This document shows positions 8,462 through 17,004 of a stretch of DNA of 32,000 bases, in pieces. A program made the translations under genes and the position numbers. Position 1 is the first letter of the stretch; the number at the start of each line of letters is the position of its first letter. This DNA comes from Thermoproteus tenax Kra 1 (GTDB taxonomy: Archaea > Thermoproteota > Thermoprotei > Thermoproteales > Thermoproteaceae). The stretch spans positions 1,170,001 to 1,202,000 of the forward strand of contig NC_016070.1 of assembly GCF_000253055.1 (NCBI RefSeq), written 5' to 3'. Under the pieces are notes generated by a model, which worked only from the letters and a program-made list of their open reading frames with translations, had not been told where the DNA came from and did not search any database.

Positions 8462-9406
8462 CTAGGCCATCCACGTCAGCTCTTTCACTAGCTCTGCCGC
8501 CGCCCTTTTCGCCGTCTCGAGGCTGTTCAGCCTGGGCCTCCAGCCGGTGAGCTCCACTATCCTTCTGATGGAGAGGAGCATGTACTTCACGTCCCCCGGC
8601 CAGCCCCTCCCGTCTGAGGTCGCCGGCCTCAGCTTGATCTGTGGAGAGAGGCCCATGGCCTCCGCCGCGGCCCTCGCGAGGTCTAGGACGGAGGCCGCGT
8701 CGAAATTGCCCACGTTCAGCGCCAGGTACGGCTCCCCCGTCTCCTCGAACTTCCTCCAGGCCCTCAGCGTCGCCTCCACAGCCTCTTCGACGTGTAGGTA
8801 GCTCTTCCTCTGTGTGCCGTCCCCCAGAACCTCCAGCTCCTCCGGCCTCTTCCTCAGCTTCATGAGGAAGTCGTAAAGCGCCCCGTGTCTCATCCTCGGC
8901 CCCACCACGTTGGCGTACCTCAGCGCAAGGCACCTAACGCCGTAGAGCCTGGCATACGCGGCACACATCGTCTCGCCAGCCGCCTTAGCCGCGCCGTAGA
9001 CGCTTATCGGCTCCAGCGGGTGATCCTCCGGAGTCGGCATAACCCTAGCATCGCCGTAGACGGTTGAAGACGAGGCAAACACGACAGTCCTAACGCCGGA
9101 GGCGCGGGCCCACTCCAGCACGTTAAACGTAGCCACCATATTCTCCTCAAAATGGACGCGGGGCTCCGTAGTGGAGACCCTAACCTCGGGGTTCGCGGCG
9201 AAGTGGAAGACGACGTCCGCCCTCAGCCCCGCGCCCCAGCCGGGCTCCTTTAGATCCCGCCTTATGAACTCGGCGCGGGGGTTCACGTTCTCTTTCCTGC
9301 CTGTGGAGAGGTTGTCCACGACCACTACCTCGTACCCCTCCTCCACAAGCCGATCCACCAGGTGGCTGCCGATGAAGCCGGCTCCGCCTGTCACCAAAAC
9401 CCTCAC
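8462..9406 (-). CDS. NAD-dependent sugar epimerase/dehydratase (SDR, UDP-glucose 4-epimerase-like)
   Basis: 314 aa. VTGGAGFIGSHLV and YGAAKAAGE (YxxxK). GTG start. Confidence 0.88.
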   Translation of the reverse strand: MRVLVTGGAGFIGSHLVDRLVEEGYEVVVVDNLSTGRKENVNPRAEFIRRDLKEPGWGAGLRADVVFHFAANPEVRVSTTEPRVHFEENMVATFNVLEWARASGVRTVVFASSSTVYGDARVMPTPEDHPLEPISVYGAAKAAGETMCAAYARLYGVRCLALRYANVVGPRMRHGALYDFLMKLRKRPEELEVLGDGTQRKSYLHVEEAVEATLRAWRKFEETGEPYLALNVGNFDAASVLDLARAAAEAMGLSPQIKLRPATSDGRGWPGDVKYMLLSIRRIVELTGWRPRLNSLETAKRAAAELVKELTWMA

Positions 9407-9424
9407 GGAGGAGCTCTAGAGGTC

Positions 9425-9434
9425 TGTATTAAGC
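9425..9434 (-). promoter_or_regulatory. TATA-like box for the epimerase gene
   Basis: Minus strand reads GCTTAATACA, then about 18 nt, then GTG at 9406. Lies in the AT-rich divergent intergenic region 9407-9683. Confidence 0.35.
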
Positions 9435-9657
9435 ATTTACGCGCGTTTTCGCCCTACCGAGCGAGTCATTCGCAAACTTCCTCCTTCATGCATTGCTATA
9501 TATTCGAGACGGCGCCCTTCAGCCTGGCTCGCTCCTTTCCAATATCTCTTCAAAAAGATAGTATTTTTAATTAACAGTATATTAACAACATTATATCCAG
9601 ACTTGTTATCTTTAACTAGATCTATACAAATCAAAAGAACTCTACCAAGGTCAATAC

Positions 9658-9664
9658 TTAAAAA
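9658..9664 (+). promoter_or_regulatory. TATA-like box for the plus-strand two-gene unit
   Basis: TTAAAAA, then 19 nt, then ATG at 9684. Confidence 0.4.
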
Positions 9665-9683
9665 GAACTTTCTTACAAGTTTC

Positions 9684-9941
9684 ATGCACAGAGATAAGGC
9701 TGTCGGCGCTGCGCTCGTGGCCTTGGGCGTCGTGGGCATCTTGTTGTACGGATGGCTCGTCTTCCTCTCGCCGTGGTCCCTAGCGGTGTTGCGGGCTACC
9801 GCCTTCGTGGCCGTGGCGGCGGTCTTGGGCATTCTGGCCTGGGTGGGATACGCCTTGGCCACAACGCCGCCTCCCAAGCCTATAGAGGAGATCGAGAAAG
9901 AAATAGAACAAGAGCTGAAGAAGTTGGAAGAATCCAAATGA
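9684..9941 (+). CDS. Small 2-TM membrane protein (85 aa) with acidic/lysine-rich tail
   Basis: Start taken at the internal ATG 9684 (MHRDKAVGAALVALGVVGILLYGWLVF...). Two hydrophobic helices. Its stop overlaps the next ATG in ATGA (9938-9941). Confidence 0.6.
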   Translation: MHRDKAVGAALVALGVVGILLYGWLVFLSPWSLAVLRATAFVAVAAVLGILAWVGYALATTPPPKPIEEIEKEIEQELKKLEESK

Positions 9942-10837
9942 ACTATGTCGTCGTAATCCCCACGCTCAACGAAAGAGAGGCTATAGGTCGTGTAATAGAG
10001 GAGATAGCGAGCTCGGGCATACCCCTAGAGCGCATAATAGTGGTAGACGGAGGCTCTACAGACGGCACGTGCGAAGAGGCAGAAAGGCTTGGGGTAAAGT
10101 GTATGTTACAAGAGGGCAAGGGGAAATCCGACGCTATACGCACGATAGTTAGACGAGTTGACGCCGACATATATGTCTTTTTAGACGGAGATTGGACGTA
10201 CCCCGCCAAACATATACCGGAGCTCTTAAAGCTGGCAGAGGAGTGCGACGAGGTTATCGGTGCGAGAAAAAACGTTGAGCCAGGCGCGCAGAGGCTGATA
10301 TACAGGCTGGGCAACTGGGCACTCACGAGGGCGTTCAACCTCATCTTCGGCACAAGACTCACGGACGTCTTGAGCGGGATGTATGCAGTAAGACGAGACG
10401 CCGTGATAGACGCCGAATTTAACACCAAAGGCTTCAGCGTAGAGGCGGAGGTGGCCGCCCACGTGGCTTCGACTGGGAGGACGATATGTGAAATCCCTAT
10501 AACATACAGGAGGAGACTGGGGAAGAAAAAACTAAAGCCGCTACACGGCGTTCAAATATTCAAAGACATGATCCTCTTAGCTTGGCGCTACAACCCAGTC
10601 TTCTTGATTTTCACAGCGGCGGCTTCGCTACTAGTGCCCGGCCTATCGTTGGGGATATGGGTACTGTACGAGTGGATCTTCTTCGACGTGAAGCACTACG
10701 TCTGGGGACTAGTAGCGTTCATACTCAGCACCAGCGGCGTAGTATCGGCGGCTCTGGCCTTGATGGCCGTATATTTAAAGAGGATGGAGATCAGACTTCT
10801 AAGGGCAATAAGGCGCGATAGAAGGCCATGCGGTTAG
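9938..10837 (+). CDS. GT2 polyprenyl(dolichyl)-phosphate glycosyltransferase, GtrB/Dpm1-like
   Basis: Start at ATG 9938 (MNYVVVIPTLNEREAIG). IIVVDGGSTDGT and FLDGDWTYP motifs. Two C-terminal TM helices as in GtrB-type enzymes. The upstream part of the tracked ORF (9752-9937) is Gly/Arg-rich and overlaps the previous gene. Confidence 0.85.
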   Translation: MNYVVVIPTLNEREAIGRVIEEIASSGIPLERIIVVDGGSTDGTCEEAERLGVKCMLQEGKGKSDAIRTIVRRVDADIYVFLDGDWTYPAKHIPELLKLAEECDEVIGARKNVEPGAQRLIYRLGNWALTRAFNLIFGTRLTDVLSGMYAVRRDAVIDAEFNTKGFSVEAEVAAHVASTGRTICEIPITYRRRLGKKKLKPLHGVQIFKDMILLAWRYNPVFLIFTAAASLLVPGLSLGIWVLYEWIFFDVKHYVWGLVAFILSTSGVVSAALALMAVYLKRMEIRLLRAIRRDRRPCG

Positions 10838-10855
10838 CAAACGCGCCGCGAGAAA

Positions 10856-11720
10856 TTAGACCAACTTCGATAAAAAAAGACGGCCGAACCTTGTGCCAAC
10901 TCTGGCTAAGTTGGGCAGAGTGGCCGCCGTCAGCCTAAATGAGACGACACGCTCCATTAGGGCGAAGGCCCACAGCCCCAACGGTATCCTGCTGGGCAAC
11001 TCGGCGACGCCCCTCGCCACAGCTAAATGTAGAGACGCAATATAGCGCATCGCCGGAGCTACCCCCAGCTCCTCCAAGATCCCCCTGTCGAGCCACTTAT
11101 CGACGGTCAGAAAATCGTTGAGCGTGTAGATCCGCTCTTTATAAACGGCGTGCGCTACCGCGAGGGCCGCCTCCGCGCCTAGGGAGAGGGCAGGCAACTT
11201 GACGCCGCCAAAGTCGGCCACTTTCCACGTGTTTAAAAAGCCCCTCGGCATCCAGATACGCGACGCCGCCCAACGTGGGCAAGACGTAGAGATCCACGAT
11301 GTCGACGCCGCGAGCCATAGTCACACAGTACGGATCCTTCACGGCGACTGAGAAGCCCCTCTTCCTCAACTCAACGACGGCGAGCCCCACGTCTCTCCGG
11401 TCGACCAACACATCGACGTCGGAAGGCACATAGGCGACAGGCCTCCTGAGCTTAATGAACACGTGGCGGACCCCGCGCAGAGCCTCCGCCACCTCTCTGA
11501 GGGTCTTGAGAAATCGGGCATACCTCGCCTCTTCTCTGAGCCTCAACGGCCCCTCCACGCCTGCCGATCTGAGGAAGTGCAGAAGGACTTTATTTCTCGC
11601 CGCAACTTCGACGCACTCCCCAGCAGATCTGGCGTCGACGCCGGCGCCGCGCGTAATTACGTCAAATACGAGGCGGAAGCAGTTCACAGCCCCAAGAGGA
11701 GGCGAGCCCTCTCGGCGCAT
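10856..11720 (-). pseudogene. Uncharacterised nucleotidyltransferase (NTP_transf_5-like), frameshifted
   Basis: Two ORFs in different frames (11139-11720 and 10856-11251). The N-part has the PSDVDVLVDRRD nucleotidyltransferase-type motif. The reading switches at GGGGCTTTTTAAAC (about 11231-11244): ...AYLDAEGLF then LNTWKVADFGGVKLPALSLGAEAALAVAHAVYKE... Confidence 0.7.
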
Positions 11721-12361
11721 TTGTCAACAGAGCACGACGTAGTATCCAAGACCGGCGCCCCTATGGCTTGGGCGAGCTTGTCGTAGACAGCCAACTCAAC
11801 GTCTAACAGGCCTGCCTCGGGCGACCCAGCCCTCCTCGCCCTCAAGACGTCTAAGTCGGCTCTAACGTAGAGAGAGCGGGGACAGGCCATTTTGTGGAGA
11901 GCCAGGGCCAGCCGCGCAACAGGCCCGCTCAATATTTCTGCGTCTCGCAAAGTGAGAACTAGCCAGACTAGAAGATCAACGGGCGACCTCTCTCCCACTA
12001 CGCGACGGCCCGCGGCCTTAGGAAAGACGTACTTGAGAAGAACCACGGGAAACGCTGAGAGGAGCTCCAGCCAAACCCAAAGCGGCTTCAGAGGAGGGGG
12101 CACACAGATGCCGAAATACGGATTACAACCGCCGCGGAAGACCCTAAAACGCGAGAGAAACCTCGCCAGAAGAGAGACAAACGTGTGAGAGCCCCTCATC
12201 CAGGCTATGCTGACGTCCTCCGAGACTAAGCTGCGCGCCAATGTAGATTTGCCAGAGCCGTCGGGCCCGAAAAGACAGAGCACGGCTCCTCGACGTGTCA
12301 GTGCGGCCGCGGGGAGTCTGTCTGAGAGCAGGCGCTCGGCGCTTCTAGGGGCTTGCACCAC
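11684..12361 (-). CDS. P-loop kinase-like protein (thymidylate-kinase-like layout) with hydrophobic insert, GC-rich paralog
   Basis: Walker A LFGPDGSGKST. Colinear with 18555-19253 (see findings). Start placed at GTG 12361 because a TATA-like box lies 18 nt upstream and the longer extension to 12550 is low-complexity. The start is uncertain. Confidence 0.6.
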   Translation of the reverse strand: MVQAPRSAERLLSDRLPAAALTRRGAVLCLFGPDGSGKSTLARSLVSEDVSIAWMRGSHTFVSLLARFLSRFRVFRGGCNPYFGICVPPPLKPLWVWLELLSAFPVVLLKYVFPKAAGRRVVGERSPVDLLVWLVLTLRDAEILSGPVARLALALHKMACPRSLYVRADLDVLRARRAGSPEAGLLDVELAVYDKLAQAIGAPVLDTTSCSVDKCAERARLLLGL

Positions 12362-12377
12362 GGCTCGTATGAAACGT

Positions 12378-12385
12378 ACTAAAAT
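12378..12385 (-). promoter_or_regulatory. TATA-like box for the P-loop gene
   Basis: Minus strand reads TATTTTAG, then about 17-18 nt, then GTG GTG at 12361/12358. Confidence 0.35.
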
Positions 12386-12853
12386 ACGTCTACCGTTAGA
12401 GGGGCCCTCCGCGGCGCTGGCCCTCCCCGGAGCTCGTGGCACGCCCCAAGTCGCGCTCGGAAACCCGAGATGAGGGACTTGGGTCATAGAGGGCCGGCTC
12501 TGCCCCAGATTGCACCCCCAGGGCCCGGTATCGGCTGTTTCCAATGGCACTTCTTCGTCCCCAACAACGGTGCGTGGCCTCTGAAGTTCAGGGGGGATAC
12601 AATTCCCTCTACAGCTCTTGCAGTTTCACACCGCAACGAGGGCTGACGGTGCTAATTTACAAACCGCGCTCGGGGGACATCCCGTCGATTATCCTGTGCG
12701 CCAACTCCCGCTCGTCGGGAGCGGGCGGGCGCTCTTGGCCGCGAGTCTCGGCTCCTCCCGCCCCGTCAACTTCTTCAACAGCCTCCCGGCGTACTCCCCT
12801 GCGGCGAGCCTCGGTATGGCTAGGAGGATGCCGGGTCTCTCCTCAATGGCCCG

Positions 12854-14407
12854 CTACGACATCAACATCACGATCCTCCTCTCGGCCTTAAGCAGAAACA
12901 CAAGGGGCCTCGTCAAGCCGCCGGCCCGTCTGAAGACCTCTATGAGCAACTCCACATCTCTTGCGTCCAAGGCCTTAAGCAGAGGGAGGGCCACTGCATA
13001 AGATGTAATATAGATCGGAATCCCCAGCGCGAGGGCCAAGACATTCTGCGCGCCCGCCTCAAACAGGGCCAGCGGCGGGAGAGCCGCCAGAAGAGAGGCC
13101 AGGTATATTCTGGCTATACGGGGCGCCCCTAGAGACACTTTGGCGACCTTCCTCGCCCTTATCAGCAGATATAGGGTGGAGGCGTAGCCCCCGGCGAGCC
13201 CCGCCAACACGTTCCCCAAGACTCCCAACGCCGGGACTAGAGCGAGCGTAAGCGGCAGAGACACCGCTGTGGAGACCGCCCACGACTTAAGGAGCTCCTT
13301 AGTCATCCCAAGCCCGGCGAACAAGCTACTGAGGGCGTAGCCGCCCAAGCCGACGCTGAGGGTCCCCAACGCCGCCAGCGATAGGTAGAGCGGCGCCGAC
13401 GCGTAGCTTGCGCCGTATATGAGGGACACCAAGTCCCTTGAGAACAAGATCAACGCGACGGCTACAGGCACTACAACGATCGAGCTGAGCTTGACAGACT
13501 CCCTAAAGATCCCGGCCGCGGCCTGGCCCCCAGCCCTCGAGAAGGCCGCGAAGAGCGTCGAGCTGATAGAGGACGTCAATAGGGCAAGAGCCGAGGCTAT
13601 GTTATTGGCGGCGGAGTAGTTGCCCAAGTCGTAGTTGTTTACGAAGTGGGCCGTGTAGACGAACAAGGTGTTGCTCAAGACGAAGCCCGCCAACGTGGGC
13701 ACGTAGGTGGGGTAGCTGTACGAGACCATAGACCTCAGAGACTCGAAGAAGCCGACGTCCTCCGCTCCGCCGCTGGCCAAACCTCTGTAGAGCCTAAAAA
13801 AGAAGTACAGAGCCAAGGCAGTCGCCACGGCGTAGCTCACGACGTGTCCCACAACGGCGCCCAGAACTCCTAGGTACAACGTCAACGAGAGGGCCAACGC
13901 CAGTTTCGAGGCAGCTTGAACTAGGTTGACGAGAGCCCCGTAGTCTGTCCTCAATGTGGCCAAGAAGAGGGCGTTACAGACGTCTAAAACCATGGAGGTC
14001 AACATCAGCGCCGAGGCCACTCTGACTAAACTGGACAGCTCGGGCCTGGCGAGAAAATAGCGGGCGACGGCGCCGGAAAACGCCGCTATCGTCAAAACCG
14101 CCCCGAGCCCCACGGCGGCTCTAAAAAGCAAGGCGTTTCTCGCGTAGAGCGCAGCCGCCGAGCCTCTGCCGCGAGCCGCCAGAGAAGAGACGTAGTAAGT
14201 CACGGCCCCACTCAAGCCGAGACTCAACAGAGGGCCAAATATGGAGGGTATGCTCAAAACGAGGGAGTAGATGCCGTAGCCGCTGGGCCCCAGAAGTCTG
14301 GCGATGATTATCGAGGCGGCCGCCAAAACAGCGGTGGATGCGAAACCGCCAGCGAAAAGGAAGAGCCCGCCCCTAGCAACTCTAGCAGCTTCGTCGACAT
14401 AGCCCAT
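12854..14407 (-). CDS. Wzx-like polysaccharide/oligosaccharide flippase (MOP superfamily, polysaccharide biosynthesis protein)
   Basis: 517 aa, hydrophobic throughout with many predicted TM helices and a typical N-terminal ...IARLLGPSGYGIYSL motif. An intact paralog of the broken copy at 24820-26381. Confidence 0.85.
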   Translation of the reverse strand: MGYVDEAARVARGGLFLFAGGFASTAVLAAASIIIARLLGPSGYGIYSLVLSIPSIFGPLLSLGLSGAVTYYVSSLAARGRGSAAALYARNALLFRAAVGLGAVLTIAAFSGAVARYFLARPELSSLVRVASALMLTSMVLDVCNALFLATLRTDYGALVNLVQAASKLALALSLTLYLGVLGAVVGHVVSYAVATALALYFFFRLYRGLASGGAEDVGFFESLRSMVSYSYPTYVPTLAGFVLSNTLFVYTAHFVNNYDLGNYSAANNIASALALLTSSISSTLFAAFSRAGGQAAAGIFRESVKLSSIVVVPVAVALILFSRDLVSLIYGASYASAPLYLSLAALGTLSVGLGGYALSSLFAGLGMTKELLKSWAVSTAVSLPLTLALVPALGVLGNVLAGLAGGYASTLYLLIRARKVAKVSLGAPRIARIYLASLLAALPPLALFEAGAQNVLALALGIPIYITSYAVALPLLKALDARDVELLIEVFRRAGGLTRPLVFLLKAERRIVMLMS

Positions 14408-14425
14408 AGAGCCCAGAACTAAGCC

Positions 14426-14433
14426 GTTAAAAT
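14426..14433 (-). promoter_or_regulatory. TATA-like box for the flippase gene
   Basis: Minus strand reads ATTTTAAC, then 18 nt, then ATG at 14407. Confidence 0.4.
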
Positions 14434-14448
14434 GCTCTACGGCGCCGA

Positions 14449-14871
14449 CTAGTGCAAGAGCCAGCCCTGCAGATATATCGCCTTAAGCCGAGCGATGCTC
14501 CTTATTGCGTCTGCCGGAGTCTCCACGAGGGGTTATTCAGCCACTGAACCTCGTGCTTGGCATCGCCCCTTTATTTGTGCCGTTTCCCGAGCACTTTGAT
14601 GGTGTTATGAGGAGGCCATGGACATTACGTGGCTTGGCCCATTGGGCCTAAACAGCGATGGTATATCGTGGATGCCGTAAACTACGGGGACGCCGAATGT
14701 ATTTACATCCTTAATGCCAAGGCCCAGTAACTTACCGACGTAAACAACATCAAACCCTCCAAGGTCTAGGGATCCGCCACTAGGCTCAAGGAAAGAAACC
14801 GCGTAGCCCATCCTAGAGAGAGCAACGCCCAAGCCCTCATCGAACCAATTAACAAAAAGAACCCTATACAT
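14449..14871 (-). pseudogene. GT4-type glycosyltransferase remnant (N-terminal about 88 codons plus a 27-codon C-terminal scrap)
   Basis: MYRVLFVNWFDEGLG...FDVVYVGK...PVVYGIHD ends prematurely at 14605. A separate frame at 14449-14532 reads PLVETPADAIRSIARLKAIYLQGWLLH-stop, a GT-like C-terminus. The catalytic C-domain is missing. Confidence 0.45.
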
Positions 14872-15643
14872 ACACCACACCGATGCCGAAACCTCCCTGC
14901 CTCCAGTCCTTGACCAACTCCATGTATTTATCCCTCGGCAGTCTTTGCTTTAGCTCGCTCCAAAACCTAGGGACGCCGCCGACGTACTCCGGCGGCCCTG
15001 GCACTATGTCGTGGAAGGCGATTATGCCGCCTTTCCTAACCAGCGGCGAGTACATCTCGAAGTCTCTCTTCACTCCCTCGTAGGTGTGGTCTCCGTCGAT
15101 AAACAAGAAGTCCACCTTCCTACCGCCGAGAGCCCTCTCCACTCTCTCGAGAGTACGCTGGTCGTGGCTGTCGCCTCTAATGAGGACGACCCTCTGCCTT
15201 CCTCTCGCAAACGATCTGTATAGAAAGCCTTTGAGCCAGGGGTATCCGCCGCCAAACAGCCCGCCGGGGAGGTCTACGCTTATAAGTAACGCGTCGTCGG
15301 TAGCCGCCCAAGTCCAGAGGAACAAAGTGCCGCCTCTCGCCGTGCCAATCTCAAGAACAACCGAAGGCCTAACCCCAGCCACAAGTCTCACCAACTGCTC
15401 GACCTCCTCTCTAATCTGCATAGGCGTAATAAGACGGGCGATAGTGTCGCTAGAGAATAAGAAGTCAAGTGCTTTCTCCCAACTGCCAACTTTTCTAAAT
15501 TTGAAGCGTGCATATGGTGACAACAAAAAACTTACAACCCCCACTCTCTCAAGTCTCCGAAAACTAAATCTCAAAGCCACATAAAACAAAGACCCAACAC
15601 CCCCACTCTTAACAACTTCCGCAACTCCCCCCAACAACCCCAT
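14864..15643 (-). CDS. Class I SAM-dependent methyltransferase (CmcI / Methyltransf_24-like, sugar O-methyltransferase candidate)
   Basis: 259 aa. VVLEIGTARGGT (motif I) and FLFIDGDHTYEGVKRDFE. Confidence 0.8.
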   Translation of the reverse strand: MGLLGGVAEVVKSGGVGSLFYVALRFSFRRLERVGVVSFLLSPYARFKFRKVGSWEKALDFLFSSDTIARLITPMQIREEVEQLVRLVAGVRPSVVLEIGTARGGTLFLWTWAATDDALLISVDLPGGLFGGGYPWLKGFLYRSFARGRQRVVLIRGDSHDQRTLERVERALGGRKVDFLFIDGDHTYEGVKRDFEMYSPLVRKGGIIAFHDIVPGPPEYVGGVPRFWSELKQRLPRDKYMELVKDWRQGGFGIGVVYV

Positions 15644-15709
15644 AAAACCTAATTCACAACACTTTTTAAGGATTTTGTAGAGTGATTTGCCAACAGGAAT
15701 AATACGAAT

Positions 15710-16216
15710 TTATGTATAGCTTTGAGCAAATAATGCATAGTCTATATAGATGTTTGTACATGCCAAGAAGCCGAACCTTAATATAGTACCAGGGTCGTCT
15801 CTCTTGATCCTCGGCTTGCTACGTTTATTTGCAATATGGCGAAATACGCCGCGTCTAAGTTTCAGCCCCAGCCTTATTCCATCGACGTAAGACCTTATAC
15901 GCAATCTTTTCATATTGGGGAACAACGCCATGAAACGAATCATTGCATTTAAAGGCCAATGGCTATCATAAGCTATAGGTACTGCCGTACCGCTCACCCC
16001 CGACCAATACTCAAGGACCGCGTTTAACTTACGTCCTATCGTCGCACTTCTGAAGTGCTTACCTACAATTATTGGTACAGCGACTAAGGCGTAGCCGCTT
16101 CTCCAAAGTCTTATGCCCAATTCGTAGTCGTCGCCCCACATGAAGAAGTAGAACAGGGATAAGCCGTAACAAGGACCCCTAAATGATCTGAGCCTGCTGA
16201 CAAGTAAGCTATCTTT
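15710..16216 (-). pseudogene. GT2 glycosyltransferase C-terminal remnant
   Basis: The open frame begins right after TGA TGA. It reads ...LFYFFMWGDDYELGIRLWRSGYALVAV, matching ...YFFWFDDVDYSLRVWSAGYRVVCV of the intact GT2 at 17553-18554. The whole N-terminal catalytic half (DxD region) is absent. Confidence 0.65.
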
Positions 16217-16410
16217 TCATCAGAACATTGGTATTGGGATGTTTATAGATTACATCCGTGTAGCTTGGTAAAAATAAAGTATCTACAGGGTGGCTAATGT
16301 AGAAGAGCCAGACTTGTAAAAGTCGCGTAGGTTATTAACTATAAACTGAAGCTAAACATTGCAATGGTAATGAGTATTACACAAACATTAACTATAGTGT
16401 AAACTTACAA

Positions 16411-17004
16411 TTAGTCCTCCTCGCGTTTGTTCGTCACTTCATTAAATAGTACGGCAAGATTTGATGCCATATCAGTCAAAGGGTAACGCTCAGCAAGTCT
16501 TCTAGAGCTAAGGCTTGGAACTACGTAAGAATTGTCCTTTTTCCAAAGCATATAATATTTCAAGACTCCCCTTGTTAGACTTCTGAGATCAAATGGCCTA
16601 GTTATATGGCCGCAGAGCTCACCCTTGGATACGGCTGGCTTCAGAATATCTCTGGGAGCTCCGGGAATGTCAAACGCGACTACAGGTGTACCGCAAGCTA
16701 GGGCTTCGAGAACTATTAGACCGAAAGTTTCATACCTGCTTGGAAAGAGTAAGAGATGTGCTTGAAGTAGTTCCCTGAGAAAGTCTCTTCTAGATAGCCA
16801 ATGAAATATTTCGACCCTGCTTGGGAACTTGCTAGCGAGATCTTGGAGATATCGTACGGGAACTGGAAGTATACCATGACCAAGAAATATCTTAGCTTGT
16901 ATGTCTGGGAAACGCGAAAGGAGAGAGCTTATAACAGATGCTGCGATATCTGCACCTTTTCCATACCGGGCACCAACAAATTCAGGAGTTAAATAAAGAG
17001 TTAT
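16411..17004 (-). pseudogene. Split GT4 glycosyltransferase, piece 3 of 3 (C-terminal domain)
   Basis: ITLYLTPEFVGARYGKGADI...FPSRYETFGLIVLEALACGTPVVAFD (GT4 E-x7-E region). The 13 codons upstream (to 17043) are antisense of piece 2. Confidence 0.75.

Noticed and set aside
9437-9937. 166-aa minus-strand ORF and the 9752-9937 N-terminal extension of the GT2 ORF
   Set aside because: The minus ORF is antisense to the 2-TM protein gene. The extension is Gly/Arg-rich and overlaps that gene. ATG 9938 gives the canonical GT2 N-terminus and an ATGA coupling.
12551-12853. Protein-like minus-strand reading downstream of the flippase stop (AIEERPGILLAIPRLAAGEYAGRLLKKL..., then DERELAHRIIDGMSPERGL in another frame)
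   Set aside because: There is no start codon, a frame change is required, and I recognise no motif. It may be another gene ghost, but the evidence is too thin to annotate.
16938-17003. First 22 codons of plus-strand ORF 16938-17504 and first 13 codons of minus-strand ORF 16411-17043
   Set aside because: Each is simply the antisense of the other gene piece beyond the inversion breakpoint at 17004/17005, so they are not part of the real coding sequence.
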